In this document: positions 17,867 through 28,700 of the stretch, in pieces
Position numbering within the stretch: the stretch's first letter is position 1
Layout: each line of letters starts with the position of its first letter
Source of the DNA: Blastocatellia bacterium
Lineage (GTDB): Bacteria > Acidobacteriota > Blastocatellia > Chloracidobacteriales > JADJPF01
Direction of reading: 5' to 3'
Length of the DNA stretch: 34,272 nt
NCBI GenBank assembly: GCA_039812885.1
Contig: JBDIBI010000015.1
Coordinates: 126,878 to 161,149, forward strand
The notes under the pieces: generated by a model
Databases searched by the model: none
What the model saw: only the letters and a program-made list of their open reading frames with translations
Told to the model about the DNA's origin: nothing
Translations under genes and position numbers: made by a program

Positions 17867-20800
17867 TACTTCCATTCTCCTTGTAGCTGAAAATTAGCCC
17901 AATAAAACGGATTTTTATATTTTTCATCTTGGCGCATTTCCAATTGAGCGGCTCTTAAAGCAGCTATAGGAGTTTGTCCTTCTTTAAGTGTCTTTTGATA
18001 GAATTTTTTCATTAGTTCTGTATTTGCAGTATCATTAACATTCCATAAACTAACCATTACTCTAGAAGCTCCAGCATATATAAATCCTCGGGTCATTCCT
18101 AATAAACCTTCAGCTTGAGCATTTTTACCTACATTAGCTTCACATGCACTTAAAGTAATCAAATCTACAGGAAGATTAAGGTTAAACACTTTATAAGCCT
18201 GTAAAAATCCATCTTGTATATTTCCTTGCTCATCTGTTAGCGAAAGCATAATGCCCGATAACTCTGGATTGCTGCTATTGACTAAACTATAAGTAGAAAA
18301 ATGAATAACTTGATACTGTGAAGCTTTACCTTCTAGTAAAAACTTTATGTTAGCATCTGCACCTAAAACTTGTTTAACTTTTCCTTCTCCTAAAAAAGTA
18401 CTTAGCTCTTTGGTTTCATCACTAGAAATAGATAATCTAGCTATTTCTGAATTTAAACCTACTACTCCAACTTGTTGGGCGGATTTTTTCATCAATAAAT
18501 TACTATTTGCTAAATCTTTTGACTCAGAAGTATTTTTATTGTTATGTTTTGTACTCTTAACTCTAGTATCATTGCTAGAAAAAATCGGATCACCAATTAG
18601 TAATACTTCTTTGCTAGCTTGCTTAGATGCCTTATTTTCTCGCCTTATGCTAGATATTGTAGCAATAGAAGGAAGTGAAATTATCTCATGATTTACTAAA
18701 AGAGGTTCATCACTGCCTTTATTAGGTTCTGGTAAAGCATTGAATGGAATATATTGTAGTGAACCATCTAATACTAATACTAGGCGTTTTTTTCCTAATA
18801 GATCAGCCACAGGTGATAACAATATTTTGCTTAACTGAGAAGCAATCTTAGGATATTCATTATCCGCCAGTTCTAAAGTCATAGGACGAGAACCAACACT
18901 TTTTCCTTTAGCTAATAAACTACGAGCTATCATTAATTCCCGCCAATAATTAGTTAATGACTCTATTTCACTACGCTTAGGCAAAGTAAAACTTTTTACT
19001 TCTGATTGAGAAATAAACCATAAATAACTATTATCAGTCCCAATAGAATAATTCAATATAACAGTATTTTCATCTAGTATTTGTTGTTGAATTGTTTTTA
19101 TATCAAAAGCTCTAGGATGAGAAAATTCTGCATAAGTAGGATTAGTTTGTTCAATTTGAGCTTGGCATTCTTTTAATTCTTTTGAGAGACTTTCTATTTC
19201 TTTTTCTGCCTCTTTAACTTCAATAATAGAACTTTCTACTATATTAAGTTTAACAAGCCGTGCTGTCTTATCACCAATTAATTGTTTTAGCTCTCTTTCT
19301 TGAGCAATAAACTTGTTAGTAGGTGAAAAAACTTCTTTACCTCTTAACAAATTTGTTAGGTTGTAGTCTCTAGCTTGTTCACTAACTTTTAAGGCTTCAA
19401 TGTTTTTCCCTGCTTTTGGATCTAGTTTATGTTGATGCATTAAAACATTTACATAAAGTTTATAATAATCTTCTACACTAGTACTATAACTGTAATGTAG
19501 TTCCTGATCTTTAGAATTACTTTGCAAATTTTCAATAAGCTGAATGGCTTTCTCTATATTTTCCTGTGAGTCTTTAAGCTCATTTCGTCTATACTTTAAC
19601 AAGGCTAATCTATAAAGCAGTTGAGCTTCTTTTATTTCATCTTGCAATTCTTTAGCTACAATAATTCCTTGTTTATAAGAAGCTATAGCTTTTTCTTCAT
19701 CATAATTAAATTCCAAAGCTCGTCCAAGGTGATAGAAAATTTTTGCTTCAAGTTCCCTATTACCTTTTCTTTGGTTTAATTTATAAGCTTCTGTAAAAAA
19801 TCCAGCAGCTTTGTCTCCATCCCCTAAATCAAGATGTGCTTGCCCTACATCTATAGCTGTAGCAACACTTCCTGTTATATCGTTATTTTGCTTTAATAAC
19901 GTGAATACATCACTATAAATATCAATAGCCTTTCTAGCTTCTCCACTATCTCTATAAACCGTAGCTAGATTGTTTAATATTTGTGCTTGGCGAAGTCTAT
20001 CTTGTTTTATCTCTGTTAACTCAAGAGCTGTTTCCAAAGAGTTTAGAGCTTTTGTCACTTCTCCAGATCTATGATAAATTTCACCTAAATTATTTAGGAT
20101 TTCTGCTACTTTTTCTTCCTTACGTAACTTAGTCCATATATCTAAAGCTTGTTCATAATAACTTATTGCATTATTAGAATTATCTAAATCATCATATATA
20201 TTTCCAATGCTAGTTAACGTACTGGCTTCTAAAAGTTTATTCCCTTGATCATGAGCAATTAACAAAGTTTTTTCGTAATAACTTAAAGCTAATTTTGTTT
20301 CAGCTAAAAAATAGTAATCTCCTGCAAGTTCCCCAGTAATTTTAGCAACTTCTTCTGGCTCGTTTAATTCTTGCCAAACATCTAAAGCTTGTTTGTCATA
20401 GTCTATAGATTTTTTCATTGCTCCTTGATTTTTATAGAAATTTGCTAAAAAAGTTAAAGTTTGAGCAACTACTTCTTTGTTATTTGTCTCTTTACCTAAG
20501 GCTAATGCCTGATTGTAATAGTTTAAGGCTTGTTCTTCATCACCTATTGAATAAGAAACTAACCCCAAATTTTTCAAGCTTCTTGCCTGGCGTGAATTTT
20601 CGTTAGCTGTTTTTCTATAATTCAACTCTTTAGTAAAATATTCTAGTGATTGTTGATAGTTTCCTGCTAAGTAGTAACTTTCTCCGAGTCTTCTAAAAAC
20701 ATCTGCTATTGCTGCCTCTTCACCTGCTTTTTGCCAATATTTTAAGGCTGAAAGATACCGATCTACAGAAGTTAAAAAACCTTCTTTTGTTCCTATTTTT

Positions 20801-21309
20801 TGTAGTAAGTTTGCTTGTTCAGTTAACTCTCTAGCAATGCATCTATTTTTATCCTTAAGCAAAGCTTGTCGCATCTCTTTTATTTCTAAGTGATAAAGTG
20901 CAGGGCTAGTAATCTCATCTAATGAAGTTAGTTCTATTTGATAGTTGCCAGTAATTTTTGCAACAATTTCTAAAGTTTCTCGCTGAGTTTGTCTATCTTC
21001 TGTTACTAAATGGAAAACAGTTTCTCCACTAGGAGCAGTAATATTTATATCTACAGCCAATTTATCTGTTTGTGCAGCAATTTTTAAATATTGGCCTGCT
21101 TTGAGAGCAATTTGATAGGAATGAGATTCTTGCCCTTTTATTTCCCTATTAATATGTTGGCCTACCTTTCCAAACTCCAAGTTTTCCGACTCTACTTTTG
21201 AATCTAAATTTGTTTGTGTTTGTCCATTAGTTGAAAAAGGTGTGCTTAGCAATAAAATGATTACTATAGAGTACGTAAAAACTCTTATAGCATAACTTAC
21301 ATATGCCAT
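17866..21309 (-). CDS. Secreted multi-domain protein: signal peptide, pre-peptidase C-terminal (PPC)-like domain, about 10 TPR repeats, coiled coil and a C-terminal CHAT (caspase-like) protease domain
   Basis: The 1147-aa ORF has an AGGAG RBS and the signal peptide MAYVSYAIRVFTYSIVIILLLSTPFS. The PPC-like beta-sandwich covers about aa 40-140. Repeated TPR signatures such as YYEQALDIW and ALKYWQKAG follow. The CHAT block is HFSTYS...LITLSACEANVG...GFIYAGASRVMVSLWNVND, with a His/Cys dyad context. Confidence 0.8.
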   Translation of the reverse strand: MAYVSYAIRVFTYSIVIILLLSTPFSTNGQTQTNLDSKVESENLEFGKVGQHINREIKGQESHSYQIALKAGQYLKIAAQTDKLAVDINITAPSGETVFHLVTEDRQTQRETLEIVAKITGNYQIELTSLDEITSPALYHLEIKEMRQALLKDKNRCIARELTEQANLLQKIGTKEGFLTSVDRYLSALKYWQKAGEEAAIADVFRRLGESYYLAGNYQQSLEYFTKELNYRKTANENSRQARSLKNLGLVSYSIGDEEQALNYYNQALALGKETNNKEVVAQTLTFLANFYKNQGAMKKSIDYDKQALDVWQELNEPEEVAKITGELAGDYYFLAETKLALSYYEKTLLIAHDQGNKLLEASTLTSIGNIYDDLDNSNNAISYYEQALDIWTKLRKEEKVAEILNNLGEIYHRSGEVTKALNSLETALELTEIKQDRLRQAQILNNLATVYRDSGEARKAIDIYSDVFTLLKQNNDITGSVATAIDVGQAHLDLGDGDKAAGFFTEAYKLNQRKGNRELEAKIFYHLGRALEFNYDEEKAIASYKQGIIVAKELQDEIKEAQLLYRLALLKYRRNELKDSQENIEKAIQLIENLQSNSKDQELHYSYSTSVEDYYKLYVNVLMHQHKLDPKAGKNIEALKVSEQARDYNLTNLLRGKEVFSPTNKFIAQERELKQLIGDKTARLVKLNIVESSIIEVKEAEKEIESLSKELKECQAQIEQTNPTYAEFSHPRAFDIKTIQQQILDENTVILNYSIGTDNSYLWFISQSEVKSFTLPKRSEIESLTNYWRELMIARSLLAKGKSVGSRPMTLELADNEYPKIASQLSKILLSPVADLLGKKRLVLVLDGSLQYIPFNALPEPNKGSDEPLLVNHEIISLPSIATISSIRRENKASKQASKEVLLIGDPIFSSNDTRVKSTKHNNKNTSESKDLANSNLLMKKSAQQVGVVGLNSEIARLSISSDETKELSTFLGEGKVKQVLGADANIKFLLEGKASQYQVIHFSTYSLVNSSNPELSGIMLSLTDEQGNIQDGFLQAYKVFNLNLPVDLITLSACEANVGKNAQAEGLLGMTRGFIYAGASRVMVSLWNVNDTANTELMKKFYQKTLKEGQTPIAALRAAQLEMRQDEKYKNPFYWANFQLQGEWK

Positions 21310-21509
21310 ATTTATAACTCCTAAATTGTTTTTGAAAAGACAGGAAAGTAGCTTAACCTAGCTTAAGCTGTTGTACTTCTAGTATAGCAGTGATAAGTGT
21401 TTGAAGAAAATTTTTAATTAAGAAAACTACTATTTTATCCAGAAATCAGAAGGAAAATTTGTAGGAAATTTTTATAAAAAAGGTTTTATAGGAATTTTAA
21501 GGAAGGATA

Positions 21510-21540
21510 CTACCTAGAGTTAGCCTCTAACTCTAGGTAG
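21510..21540 (-). terminator. Hairpin downstream of rpoC, a candidate terminator
   Basis: CTACCTAGAGTTA-GCCTC-TAACTCTAGGTAG forms a 13-bp stem 15 nt after the rpoC stop. It is followed on the minus strand by a moderately U-rich tract, not a clean U-run. Confidence 0.5.
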
Positions 21541-21555
21541 TTATAATTTTAGGAA

Positions 21556-24500
21556 TTACTCATCTGCACCTTTAGCTTTTACATTGATGCTTACATCAAT
21601 GTCTGACATATCTAGCAAATCATCCTCTTCTTCCTCTTCATTAACATCTCGTAGAGCAGGATCTGTTTCTAAACGAATACGTCTATAGTGATCCATACCT
21701 GTACCAGCAGGAATCAATCGCCCCATAATTACATTTTCCTTTAATCCGCGTAGGTAATCTACACGACCAGAAATAGAAGCTTCTGTTAGTACACGAGTTG
21801 TTTCTTGGAATGATGCAGCAGAAATAAAGCTATCTGTAGATAGAGAAGCTTTTGTTATACCTAAAAGCAATGGCTCTGCCATAGCCTTTTGTTTGCCTTG
21901 CTCCTCAACACGTCGATTTTCATCTTCAAAACGGAATCTATCTACTTGTTCTTCTAACAAGAAATCTGTATCACCAACATCACGAACTTTAACCCAACGT
22001 AACATCTGACGTACAATTACTTCAATATGTTTATCATTGATGTTTACACCTTGTAGGCGATAAACTTCTTGAATTTCATTAACTAAGTAGCGTTGTAAGG
22101 CTTCAGGCCCTTGAACAGCTAAAATATCATGTGGGTTTAATGGCCCATCAATAAGCGGTTCGCCTGCTTTGACCCTATCATTTTCTTGAACGTTAATGTG
22201 AACACCTCTAGGAATTGAGTATTCTTTGGTTTCACCATCATCGCCAATAATCTGAATTTTTCGTTGACCTTTTGTTACACTACCAAACTTAACTGTACCG
22301 CTAATCTCTGTCATAACAGCAGTTTCACGTGGTTTACGTGCTTCAAAGAGTTCAACCACACGAGGAAGACCACCAGTGATGTCTTTAGCGCGAGTGGTTT
22401 CACGTGGAATTTTAGCAATAATGTCCCCAGGTCTTACTTCTTGGCCATCATTTACCATCAAGTTAGCTCTGATAGGCATTTGATAAGTACGTTGAGCTTT
22501 GTCTGTTTCATCACAAATCTCAATTCTAGGCTGACGTTTCTCATCTGTAGAATCAATTACTATTTGGAAGACATTACCTGTATTCTCATTAACTTCTTCT
22601 TTTATAGTGATTCCATCAAGCAAGTCTTTATACTTAGCAACACCACTTACTTCAGTTAAGATTGAGAAAGTAAATGGATCCCAAGTTGCTAAAGTTTGAC
22701 CAGCTTGTATCTTATCACCATCATCTACATTTAAGGTTGCACCATAAACTATCGGATAACGCCCAGCTTCACGATTACGCTCATCTATAACAATGATTGA
22801 ACCACTACGATTCATTGCAACCATATGGCCTTCGCGATTACGTACAGTTTTTAGCTCAGAGAATCTAATTGTGCCACCTTTGCGAGCTTCATGAGAAGAT
22901 TGAGCAGTACTACCAGTAGCAACACCACCAATGTGGAAAGTTCTCATTGTAAGCTGTGTTCCAGGTTCACCGATTGATTGAGCAGCTATAACACCAACAG
23001 CTTCACCTAATTCTACAATTCTACCTGTAGCAAGGTTACGACCATAACAGTTTATACATACTCCGCGACGTGCTTCACAAGTCAATACTGAACGTATTTT
23101 AACCCGGTCAATACCACCAGCATCTTGAATCTTACTTGCTAAATCTTCTGTAATTTCTTGTCCTGATGGTACAATTACTTCATTTGAAACATAGTCAATA
23201 ACATCTTCTAAAGCTACACGCCCAATAATACGATCTCTAAGTGGTTCAACAACTTCACCACCTTCAATAATAGCTTCTGCCCAAATTCCTTTTAATGTTC
23301 CACAATCATTTTCAGAAACAATAACATCTTGTGCTACGTCTACTAAACGACGGGTTAAGTAACCTGAGTCTGCGGTCTTTAATGCAGTATCAGCCAAACC
23401 TTTACGAGCACCGTGTGTAGAAATGAAGTACTGCAACACGTTTAAACCTTCACGGAAGTTAGCACGAATTGGGGTTTCAATAATTTCACCTGATGGTTTA
23501 GCCATCAATCCGCGCATACCTGCAAGCTGACGAATTTGTTGTGCCGAACCTCTAGCACCAGAGTCAGCCATAACCATGATTGGGTTAAGTTCTTTAGAAT
23601 CACTTTCACGTTTACGCATTGCATCAAACATCTCTTTTGCTACTTTTTCAGTAGTTTCTGACCAAATTTGAACAATACGGTTATAACGCTCACCTGTAGT
23701 GATAACACCATCTTGGTATTGTTTTTCTACTTCAATTACTTCTTTTTCTGCTTGTTGTACAAGTAAAATTTTTGATTGAGGAGTTACTAAATCATCAATA
23801 CCAATTGAAATACCTGCTCTAGTTGCATAGAAAAAGCCCAAAGTCTTTAACTCATCTAGCATTTTTACTGTTTGACTATGTCCAAAACGTAAGTGACAGT
23901 AATTAACTAGTTGTTGTAAACCTTTCTTTTTCAATAATCCATTAATATAAGGCATTGCCTTAGGTAAGTGATCATTAAAAATTACACGCCCTACAGTAGA
24001 GTTAATAACTCTATCAACTTCTTCTACTTCAGCACGGATAATGTCTTGGGAATCTCTTGCATTTTCCAAATCCATTAATTTGCCTTTGTATTGAAGTCTT
24101 ATAGGTGTATGAGTTGAAACAAGCCCAGCATCCAAAGCTAATAAAACTTCTTCTACTGAAGAAAAGGCTTTGCCTGCACCAAATGCATCTGGTCTTTCTT
24201 TAGTAAGATAATAACAACCTAACACAACGTCTTGTGTTGGTACAGCAATAGGTTGACCACTAGCAGGACTGAGAATGTTATTAGATGATAACATCAACAC
24301 ACTTGCTTCAATTTGTGCTTCTGGTGAAAGCGGAATGTGTACAGCCATTTGGTCACCGTCAAAGTCAGCGTTAAATGCAGTACAAACTAATGGGTGAATT
24401 TTTATCGCTTTACCTTCTACTAACACTGGTTCAAAAGCTTGTATACCTAAGCGGTGTAGAGTTGGAGCACGGTTAAGAAGTACTGGGTGATCACGAATTA

Positions 24501-25740
24501 CATCTTCTAAAATATCCCAAACAATAGGTTCTTGTTTTTCTACCATTTCTTTAGCTTGTTTAATGGTAGCAGCATGACCTTGTTTTTCTAACTGGTTGTA
24601 AATAAATGGCTTGAACAATTCCAATGCCATCTTCTTAGGCAACCCACATTGATGTAATTGTAATCCTGGGCCAACTACGATTACAGAACGACCTGAATAG
24701 TCTACACGTTTACCTAACAAGTTTTGGCGGAAACGACCTTGTTTACCTTTAAGTGTGTCAGAAAGGGATTTTAATGGACGATTGTTAACACCTCTTAATA
24801 CACGACCGCGACGACCATTATCAAAAAGTGCATCTACTGCTTCTTGTAACATACGCTTCTCATTACGTACGATTACCTCAGGAGCTTTTAATTCCAATAA
24901 TTTCTTTAAACGGTTATTTCGGTTAATTACACGACGGTAAAGGTCATTAAGATCTGAAGTAGCAAAGCGTCCACCATCTAGAGGAACTAATGGTCTTAAC
25001 TCTGGTGGAATTACTGGTATAACATCTAGTATCATCCACTCTGGCTTATTTCCAGAACGGCGAAAAGCATCTACAACTTTAAGGCGTTTAGAATGTTTAA
25101 GCTTCTTTTGTTGAGAAGTTTCCTCTCGCATTCTCTTACGCAAATCTTCTGATAAAACATCAACATCTACTTTTTGCAGAAGTTCTTTAATGGCTTCTGC
25201 ACCCATTTTAGCTAGAAATGATTTACCAGGATAGTCTTTAACTAACTGGCGATAGCGCTCATCTGAAAGCAAGTCTTTTTCTTTTAGGTCTGGTACTTCA
25301 CCTGGATCAATAACTATATAAGACTCAAAGTAGAGTACTTTTTCTAAATCTCGTAAAGGTATATCTAGTAAATGACCAATACGTGAAGGTAAACCCTTAA
25401 AGAACCAAACGTGAGAACATGGACTAGCTAATTCAATATGTCCTAGTCTTTCTCTTCTTACTTTTGCCTGAGTTACTTCAACACCACACTTATCGCAAAT
25501 AACTCCACGGTGTTTCATCCGTTTGTATTTTCCACACAAACATTCCCAATCTGTTACTGGGCCAAAAATACGTGCGCAAAACAAACCATCACGTTCAGGT
25601 TTAAATGTACGATAGTTAATGGTTTCTGGCTTAGTGACTTCACCACGTGACCAAGAGCGTATTTTTTCTGGAGACGCTAGTGAAATGCGAATTGCCTCAA
25701 AATCAGGCGCTAAATTTTGTTTTTCCTGTGTCCTAAACAC
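21556..25740 (-). CDS. rpoC: DNA-directed RNA polymerase subunit beta'
   Basis: There is full-length collinearity with bacterial beta', including the N-terminal zinc-binding CLCGKYKRM...[17 protein letters not shown] and the C-terminal acidic tail. The start is placed at the GTG at 25740, which has a perfect AGGAGGTG SD 5 nt upstream. The ORF-track start (GTG at 25800) lacks an SD and would overlap rpoB by 11 nt. Confidence 0.93.
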   Translation of the reverse strand: MFRTQEKQNLAPDFEAIRISLASPEKIRSWSRGEVTKPETINYRTFKPERDGLFCARIFGPVTDWECLCGKYKRMKHRGVICDKCGVEVTQAKVRRERLGHIELASPCSHVWFFKGLPSRIGHLLDIPLRDLEKVLYFESYIVIDPGEVPDLKEKDLLSDERYRQLVKDYPGKSFLAKMGAEAIKELLQKVDVDVLSEDLRKRMREETSQQKKLKHSKRLKVVDAFRRSGNKPEWMILDVIPVIPPELRPLVPLDGGRFATSDLNDLYRRVINRNNRLKKLLELKAPEVIVRNEKRMLQEAVDALFDNGRRGRVLRGVNNRPLKSLSDTLKGKQGRFRQNLLGKRVDYSGRSVIVVGPGLQLHQCGLPKKMALELFKPFIYNQLEKQGHAATIKQAKEMVEKQEPIVWDILEDVIRDHPVLLNRAPTLHRLGIQAFEPVLVEGKAIKIHPLVCTAFNADFDGDQMAVHIPLSPEAQIEASVLMLSSNNILSPASGQPIAVPTQDVVLGCYYLTKERPDAFGAGKAFSSVEEVLLALDAGLVSTHTPIRLQYKGKLMDLENARDSQDIIRAEVEEVDRVINSTVGRVIFNDHLPKAMPYINGLLKKKGLQQLVNYCHLRFGHSQTVKMLDELKTLGFFYATRAGISIGIDDLVTPQSKILLVQQAEKEVIEVEKQYQDGVITTGERYNRIVQIWSETTEKVAKEMFDAMRKRESDSKELNPIMVMADSGARGSAQQIRQLAGMRGLMAKPSGEIIETPIRANFREGLNVLQYFISTHGARKGLADTALKTADSGYLTRRLVDVAQDVIVSENDCGTLKGIWAEAIIEGGEVVEPLRDRIIGRVALEDVIDYVSNEVIVPSGQEITEDLASKIQDAGGIDRVKIRSVLTCEARRGVCINCYGRNLATGRIVELGEAVGVIAAQSIGEPGTQLTMRTFHIGGVATGSTAQSSHEARKGGTIRFSELKTVRNREGHMVAMNRSGSIIVIDERNREAGRYPIVYGATLNVDDGDKIQAGQTLATWDPFTFSILTEVSGVAKYKDLLDGITIKEEVNENTGNVFQIVIDSTDEKRQPRIEICDETDKAQRTYQMPIRANLMVNDGQEVRPGDIIAKIPRETTRAKDITGGLPRVVELFEARKPRETAVMTEISGTVKFGSVTKGQRKIQIIGDDGETKEYSIPRGVHINVQENDRVKAGEPLIDGPLNPHDILAVQGPEALQRYLVNEIQEVYRLQGVNINDKHIEVIVRQMLRWVKVRDVGDTDFLLEEQVDRFRFEDENRRVEEQGKQKAMAEPLLLGITKASLSTDSFISAASFQETTRVLTEASISGRVDYLRGLKENVIMGRLIPAGTGMDHYRRIRLETDPALRDVNEEEEEDDLLDMSDIDVSINVKAKGADE

Positions 25741-25789
25741 TGTCACACCTCCTGAGATGGCTAGAGCAGATTGCTCTAGCTCTCCTCTA

Positions 25790-28700
25790 TTATTCTTCAC
25801 TATTGGTTCTTTTAATTAATTCTACATCCAAACAAAGTGATTGTAGTTCTCGAATCAACACGTTGAAAGATTCTGGTAGACCAGGATCAAAGTCTGATTC
25901 GCCTTTTACAATAGCTTCGTATATCTTAGAACGACCAGCCACGTCATCAGATTTAGCAGTTAAAAGCTCTTGTAAAATATGAGCAGCACCATAAGCTTCT
26001 AACGCCCAAACTTCCATTTCTCCAAAGCGTTGTCCACCAAACTGAGCTTTACCGCCTAAAGGTTGTTGAGTAATTAATGAGTATGGTCCGATTGAACGAG
26101 CGTGTATCTTATCGTCTACTAAGTGAGAAAGTTTCATCATATAAATGTAGCCGACTGTTACTTTTTGTTCAAATGGTTCACCTGTCATTCCGTCAAATAA
26201 AGCAGTCTTACCACTTTCAGGTAGTTCAGCTTGTCTAAGCATCTCTTTAATTTCTACTTCACTAGCTCCATCAAATACTGGTGTTGCAAAGTGTAAACCT
26301 AGAATTTTTGCTGCCCATCCTAAGTGTGTTTCTAAGATTTGCCCTACATTCATACGAGAAGGTACACCCAATGGATTAAGCACTATTTCTACTGGAATAC
26401 CATTAGGCAAGTATGGCATATCTTCTTCTGGTAAGATTTGAGCAATAACACCCTTATTACCGTGACGACCAGCCATCTTATCTCCAACAGATAGCTTTCT
26501 CTTCATCGCAATAAAGACTTTAACCATTTTGATAACACCAGGAGGAAGTTCATCACCTCTCTTGATCTTATCAATCTTATCTTTATAAAGATCTTCTAAA
26601 ATATCAATTTGGCGTTTAGTTCTTTCTTCCAGCTCTTGAATTTCTTTAGCAGCATCAACTTTTGGATTTTGAACTTCTACTTTGCTTAGTGCTTCAGTAT
26701 CTATGTCTTGAAGAACTTCTTTAGTTAGCAATACACCTTTTTCTAGTAATACTTTCTTACCATAAACCAAGTCTTTAGCTAGCCTTTGACCTTCTAAAAT
26801 CTCATAGATGCGTTTATCTCTTTCTTCATGCAAGATTCGAGTTTCATCATTAAGATTCTTACGTAATTTACCTTCTTCAGATTGCTCTATAGAAATACTA
26901 CGTCTATCTTTTTCTGCACCTTTACGAGTAAATACTTTTACATCAACAATTGTTCCATCAATACCTGGAGGACAAGTTAAACTAGCATCCCGAACATCAC
27001 CAGCTTTTTCACCAAATATTGCTCTGAGTAGTTTTTCTTCTGCTGTAAGTTGGGTTTCACCTTTTGGTGTAACTTTACCTACAAGAATTGAACCCGGTTT
27101 TACTTGAGCACCAATTCTGATAATTCCAGAATCATCCAAATCTCTAAGCATGCTTTCAGAAATATTTGGAATATCGCGAGTTATTTCTTCTGGGCCAAGT
27201 TTAGTGTCACGAGCTTCTATTTCAAGCTCTTCAATGTGAATAGAAGTATAGGAATCTTCTCTAACCAACTTTTCTGATACTAAAATAGCATCTTCAAAGT
27301 TGTAGCCCCGCCAAGGCATAAAGGCTACTAACACATTACGCCCTAAAGCCAATTCTCCGCGATCTGTACAAGGTCCGTCAGCAATTACATCACCTTTACG
27401 AACTCTTTGTCCAACAGCAACAATTGGTTTTTGATTAATACAAGTGTTTTGATTTGAACGTTTAAACTTAACAAGTTGATAGATGTCTGCTGTAACTTCG
27501 CGAGAGAGTCCACCATCTTGTTGATGATCAACACGAATAATGATTCTTTCAGAGTCAACACTATCTACAACACCATCACGTCTTGCAACTACCACAGCTC
27601 CACTATCTTGAGCAGTTACTTTTTCCATACCAGTTCCTACAAAAGGAGCTTCAGCACGAAGTAGTGGTACAGCTTGACGTTGCATGTTCGAACCCATCAA
27701 TGCACGGTTTGCGTCGTCATTTTCTAAGAATGGGATCAAAGAAGCAGCAACAGAAACTAGTTGTTTAGGTGAAACGTCTACGTATTCTATCTCATCTCTA
27801 TGAGCAAGAATAAAATCACCTGCTTTTCTAGCAGCTACGCGCTCAGAAACAATATACATATTTTCATCTAACTCAATGTTAGCTTGTCCAATAGTATGTT
27901 TATCTTCTTCCCATGCAGATAGATAGAAAGGATATGTTTCAAACTCAGCCTGTTTACCATTTGTCTCAGCTAATTTTTTGTTTAGCTCTTCTACATCTTT
28001 CTTAGATACATGATCACCTATACGGAATTCTGTATCTCCACTATTAGTAATCTTAACAAAATCAATAACTTGACCACTTTCTACCTTGCGATAAGGAGAT
28101 TCAATAAAGCCAAATTGATTGATACGAGCATAACAAGAAAGAGAAGAGATCAAACCGATATTTGGACCTTCAGGCGTTTCAATAGGACAAATTCGACCAT
28201 AGTGAGTAGGGTGTACGTCCCGCACTTCAAAACCTGCACGTTCACGTGATAGACCACCTGGTCCTAATGCTGACAAACGGCGTTTATGAGTAATTTCTGA
28301 AAGAGGATTTGTTTGATCCATAAACTGAGAAAGCTGGCTAGAGCCAAAAAATTCTCTTACAGCAGCCGTTACAGGCTTAGCATTGATTAAATCTCTAGGC
28401 ATAGCAGTTTGCATTTCTTGGTGAATGGACATCTTTTCTTTGATAGCCCTTTCCATTCTCACCAAACCTACACGAAACTGATTTTCTAGCAACTCACCTA
28501 CTGCACGAACACGACGATTTCCTAAATGATCAATATCATCTGCTTCCCCAATATTGCGTTTAAGTTTTAACACGTAACGGATAACATCAAAGAAATCTTT
28601 TGGAGAAAGTATTTGTTCATCTAAACCGCTATATTGCTCATAGCCCATTTTGATGTTGAACTTTAGGCGACCAACACGAGAGAAATCAAATTTACGTTCA

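Noticed and set aside
17866-21309. TPR-CHAT protein as a type III-E CRISPR (Csx29/Craspase) or gasdermin-activating defence protease
   Set aside because: No CRISPR repeats, Cas7-11/gRAMP, gasdermin-like or STAND NTPase gene is anywhere in the window. The protein has a Sec signal peptide and a PPC domain, which argues for an extracytoplasmic role.
21342-21361. AGCTTAA-N6-TTAAGCT palindrome upstream of the CHAT gene, a possible operator
   Set aside because: It is short and AT-rich, with no partner regulator gene nearby. It cannot be distinguished from chance in 35% GC DNA.
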